The notes beneath the pieces are model-generated. The model searched no databases, was not told the DNA's origin, and saw only the letters and a list, made by a program, of their open reading frames with translations. The translations under genes were made by a program, and so were the position numbers. Shown in pieces: positions 63,304 through 64,000 of a DNA stretch of 64,000 nt (the first letter of the stretch is position 1; each line of letters opens with the position of its first letter). Source of the DNA: an uncultured Candidatus Melainabacteria bacterium (GTDB lineage Bacteria; Cyanobacteriota; Vampirovibrionia; Gastranaerophilales; Gastranaerophilaceae); the NCBI GenBank assembly GCA_934754515.1, contig CAKVIG010000004.1:41764-105763 (forward strand), read 5' to 3'.

Positions 63304-64000
63304 TTACAAATTTTCATGCGCCGAATTAACAACATCAGGAATTAAAATTTCAACTTCTTCACCTTCTGTCGCAAGCCAAACCAAGTATTCGATGTTTCCG
63401 GCCGGACCTTTGATAGAAGAATAGGTTAAACCCTTAATAATATAGCCTAAATCTTTAATACAAGCTAAAACATTTTCTATAACAAGCTCATGCGTTTTTT
63501 TGTCTTTTACAACTCCGCCTTTTTCAACGAGTTCTTTTCCTGCTTCAAATTGAGGTTTGATTAAGCAAATCATCTCATGTCCATCAGGATTGAGAAGAGT
63601 TTTTAAGTTCGGTAAAACCTTTGTCAAAGAGATAAAAGACAAATCAGATACCAATAAATCCGCCATTGGTTCATCATCCGAATAAATATCGCTTATAGTA
63701 CAAATCTTTAAGTTTGTTTTTTCAATAGTTTTAACTTGATTAGAACTCCTGATTTTCCAATCAAGTTGACCATATCCAACATCCACGGCATAAACAAATT
63801 TCGCACCGTTTTGAAGCAAACAGTCGGTAAAACCACCAGTTGAAGCACCAGCATCAAAACAAATCCTATCTTTTACTACAACATCAAAAGTTTCTAACGC
63901 TTTTTTTAATTTAAAACCGCCACGTGAAACGTAAGGCATAGATTTAACTTTAAAATCATATTCTTTTGAAGGGTCAATTTGAAAACCTGCTTTTGAAATA
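63304..64000 (-). CDS. tlyA: TlyA-family rRNA 2'-O-methyltransferase (5' end beyond window)
   Basis: YVSRGGFKL and GASTGGFTD SAM motifs. The frame stays open upstream of the track's ATG to the window edge (ISKAGFQIDPSKEYDFKVKS), consistent with a missing S4 domain. Confidence 0.85.
   Translation of the reverse strand, partial: ISKAGFQIDPSKEYDFKVKSMPYVSRGGFKLKKALETFDVVVKDRICFDAGASTGGFTDCLLQNGAKFVYAVDVGYGQLDWKIRSSNQVKTIEKTNLKICTISDIYSDDEPMADLLVSDLSFISLTKVLPNLKTLLNPDGHEMICLIKPQFEAGKELVEKGGVVKDKKTHELVIENVLACIKDLGYIIKGLTYSSIKGPAGNIEYLVWLATEGEEVEILIPDVVNSAHENL

Noticed and set aside
1-64000. Alternative genetic code, considered because of the ATG-GAG-AAT-AAT-TAG mini-frame at 32590.
   Set aside because: All recognisable housekeeping genes translate full length with the standard code, and TGA, TAA and TAG all terminate well-aligned proteins.

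Overview
AT-rich bacterial chromosomal segment, mostly core housekeeping genes on both strands. EF-P resembles cyanobacterial EF-P as I recall it. Together with the efp-accB-accC order, fermentative PFL, flagellin and type IV pili, this suggests a non-photosynthetic cyanobacteria-related lineage (Melainabacteria/Gastranaerophilales-like); that is a low-confidence inference. Recognisable genes: accC, accB, efp, dapF, hisS, ftsH, murT, rplI, bioB, mnmA, nadA, typA, glgC, panB, ispG, aroC-aroK-aroB and udp. There is also a type IV pilus block (PilP-like, pilQ, pilB, pilC), a separate sigma factor/pilD operon, and a flagellin gene. I found no rRNA, tRNA, CRISPR array, transposase or integrase. Main observations: (1) pyruvate formate-lyase is encoded in two pieces. 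A 694-aa catalytic body and an 84-aa glycyl-radical domain are separated by a repeat element, and both pieces end in unusual Cys-Gly-Cys tails. (2) Two near-perfect, almost identical sigma-28 (FliA) promoters are present. One drives a 793-aa EF-hand/Ig-like protein; the other drives a ~320-nt promoter-to-terminator unit with only a 51-codon ORF. (3) The flagellin has a variable region replaced by GLUG-type beta-helix repeats, and it lies behind ~1 kb of repeat-filled non-coding DNA containing a C9 tract. (4) At least four families of dispersed intergenic repeats occur: GC-rich nested palindromes, a ~65-nt two-hairpin element with compensatory changes, a conserved GGTGCAAAAAATTGCACC terminator hairpin, and long inverted repeats whose arms are 8-nt tandem units sitting inside operons. 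Several sub-60-codon ORFs missing from the track are proposed at low confidence.
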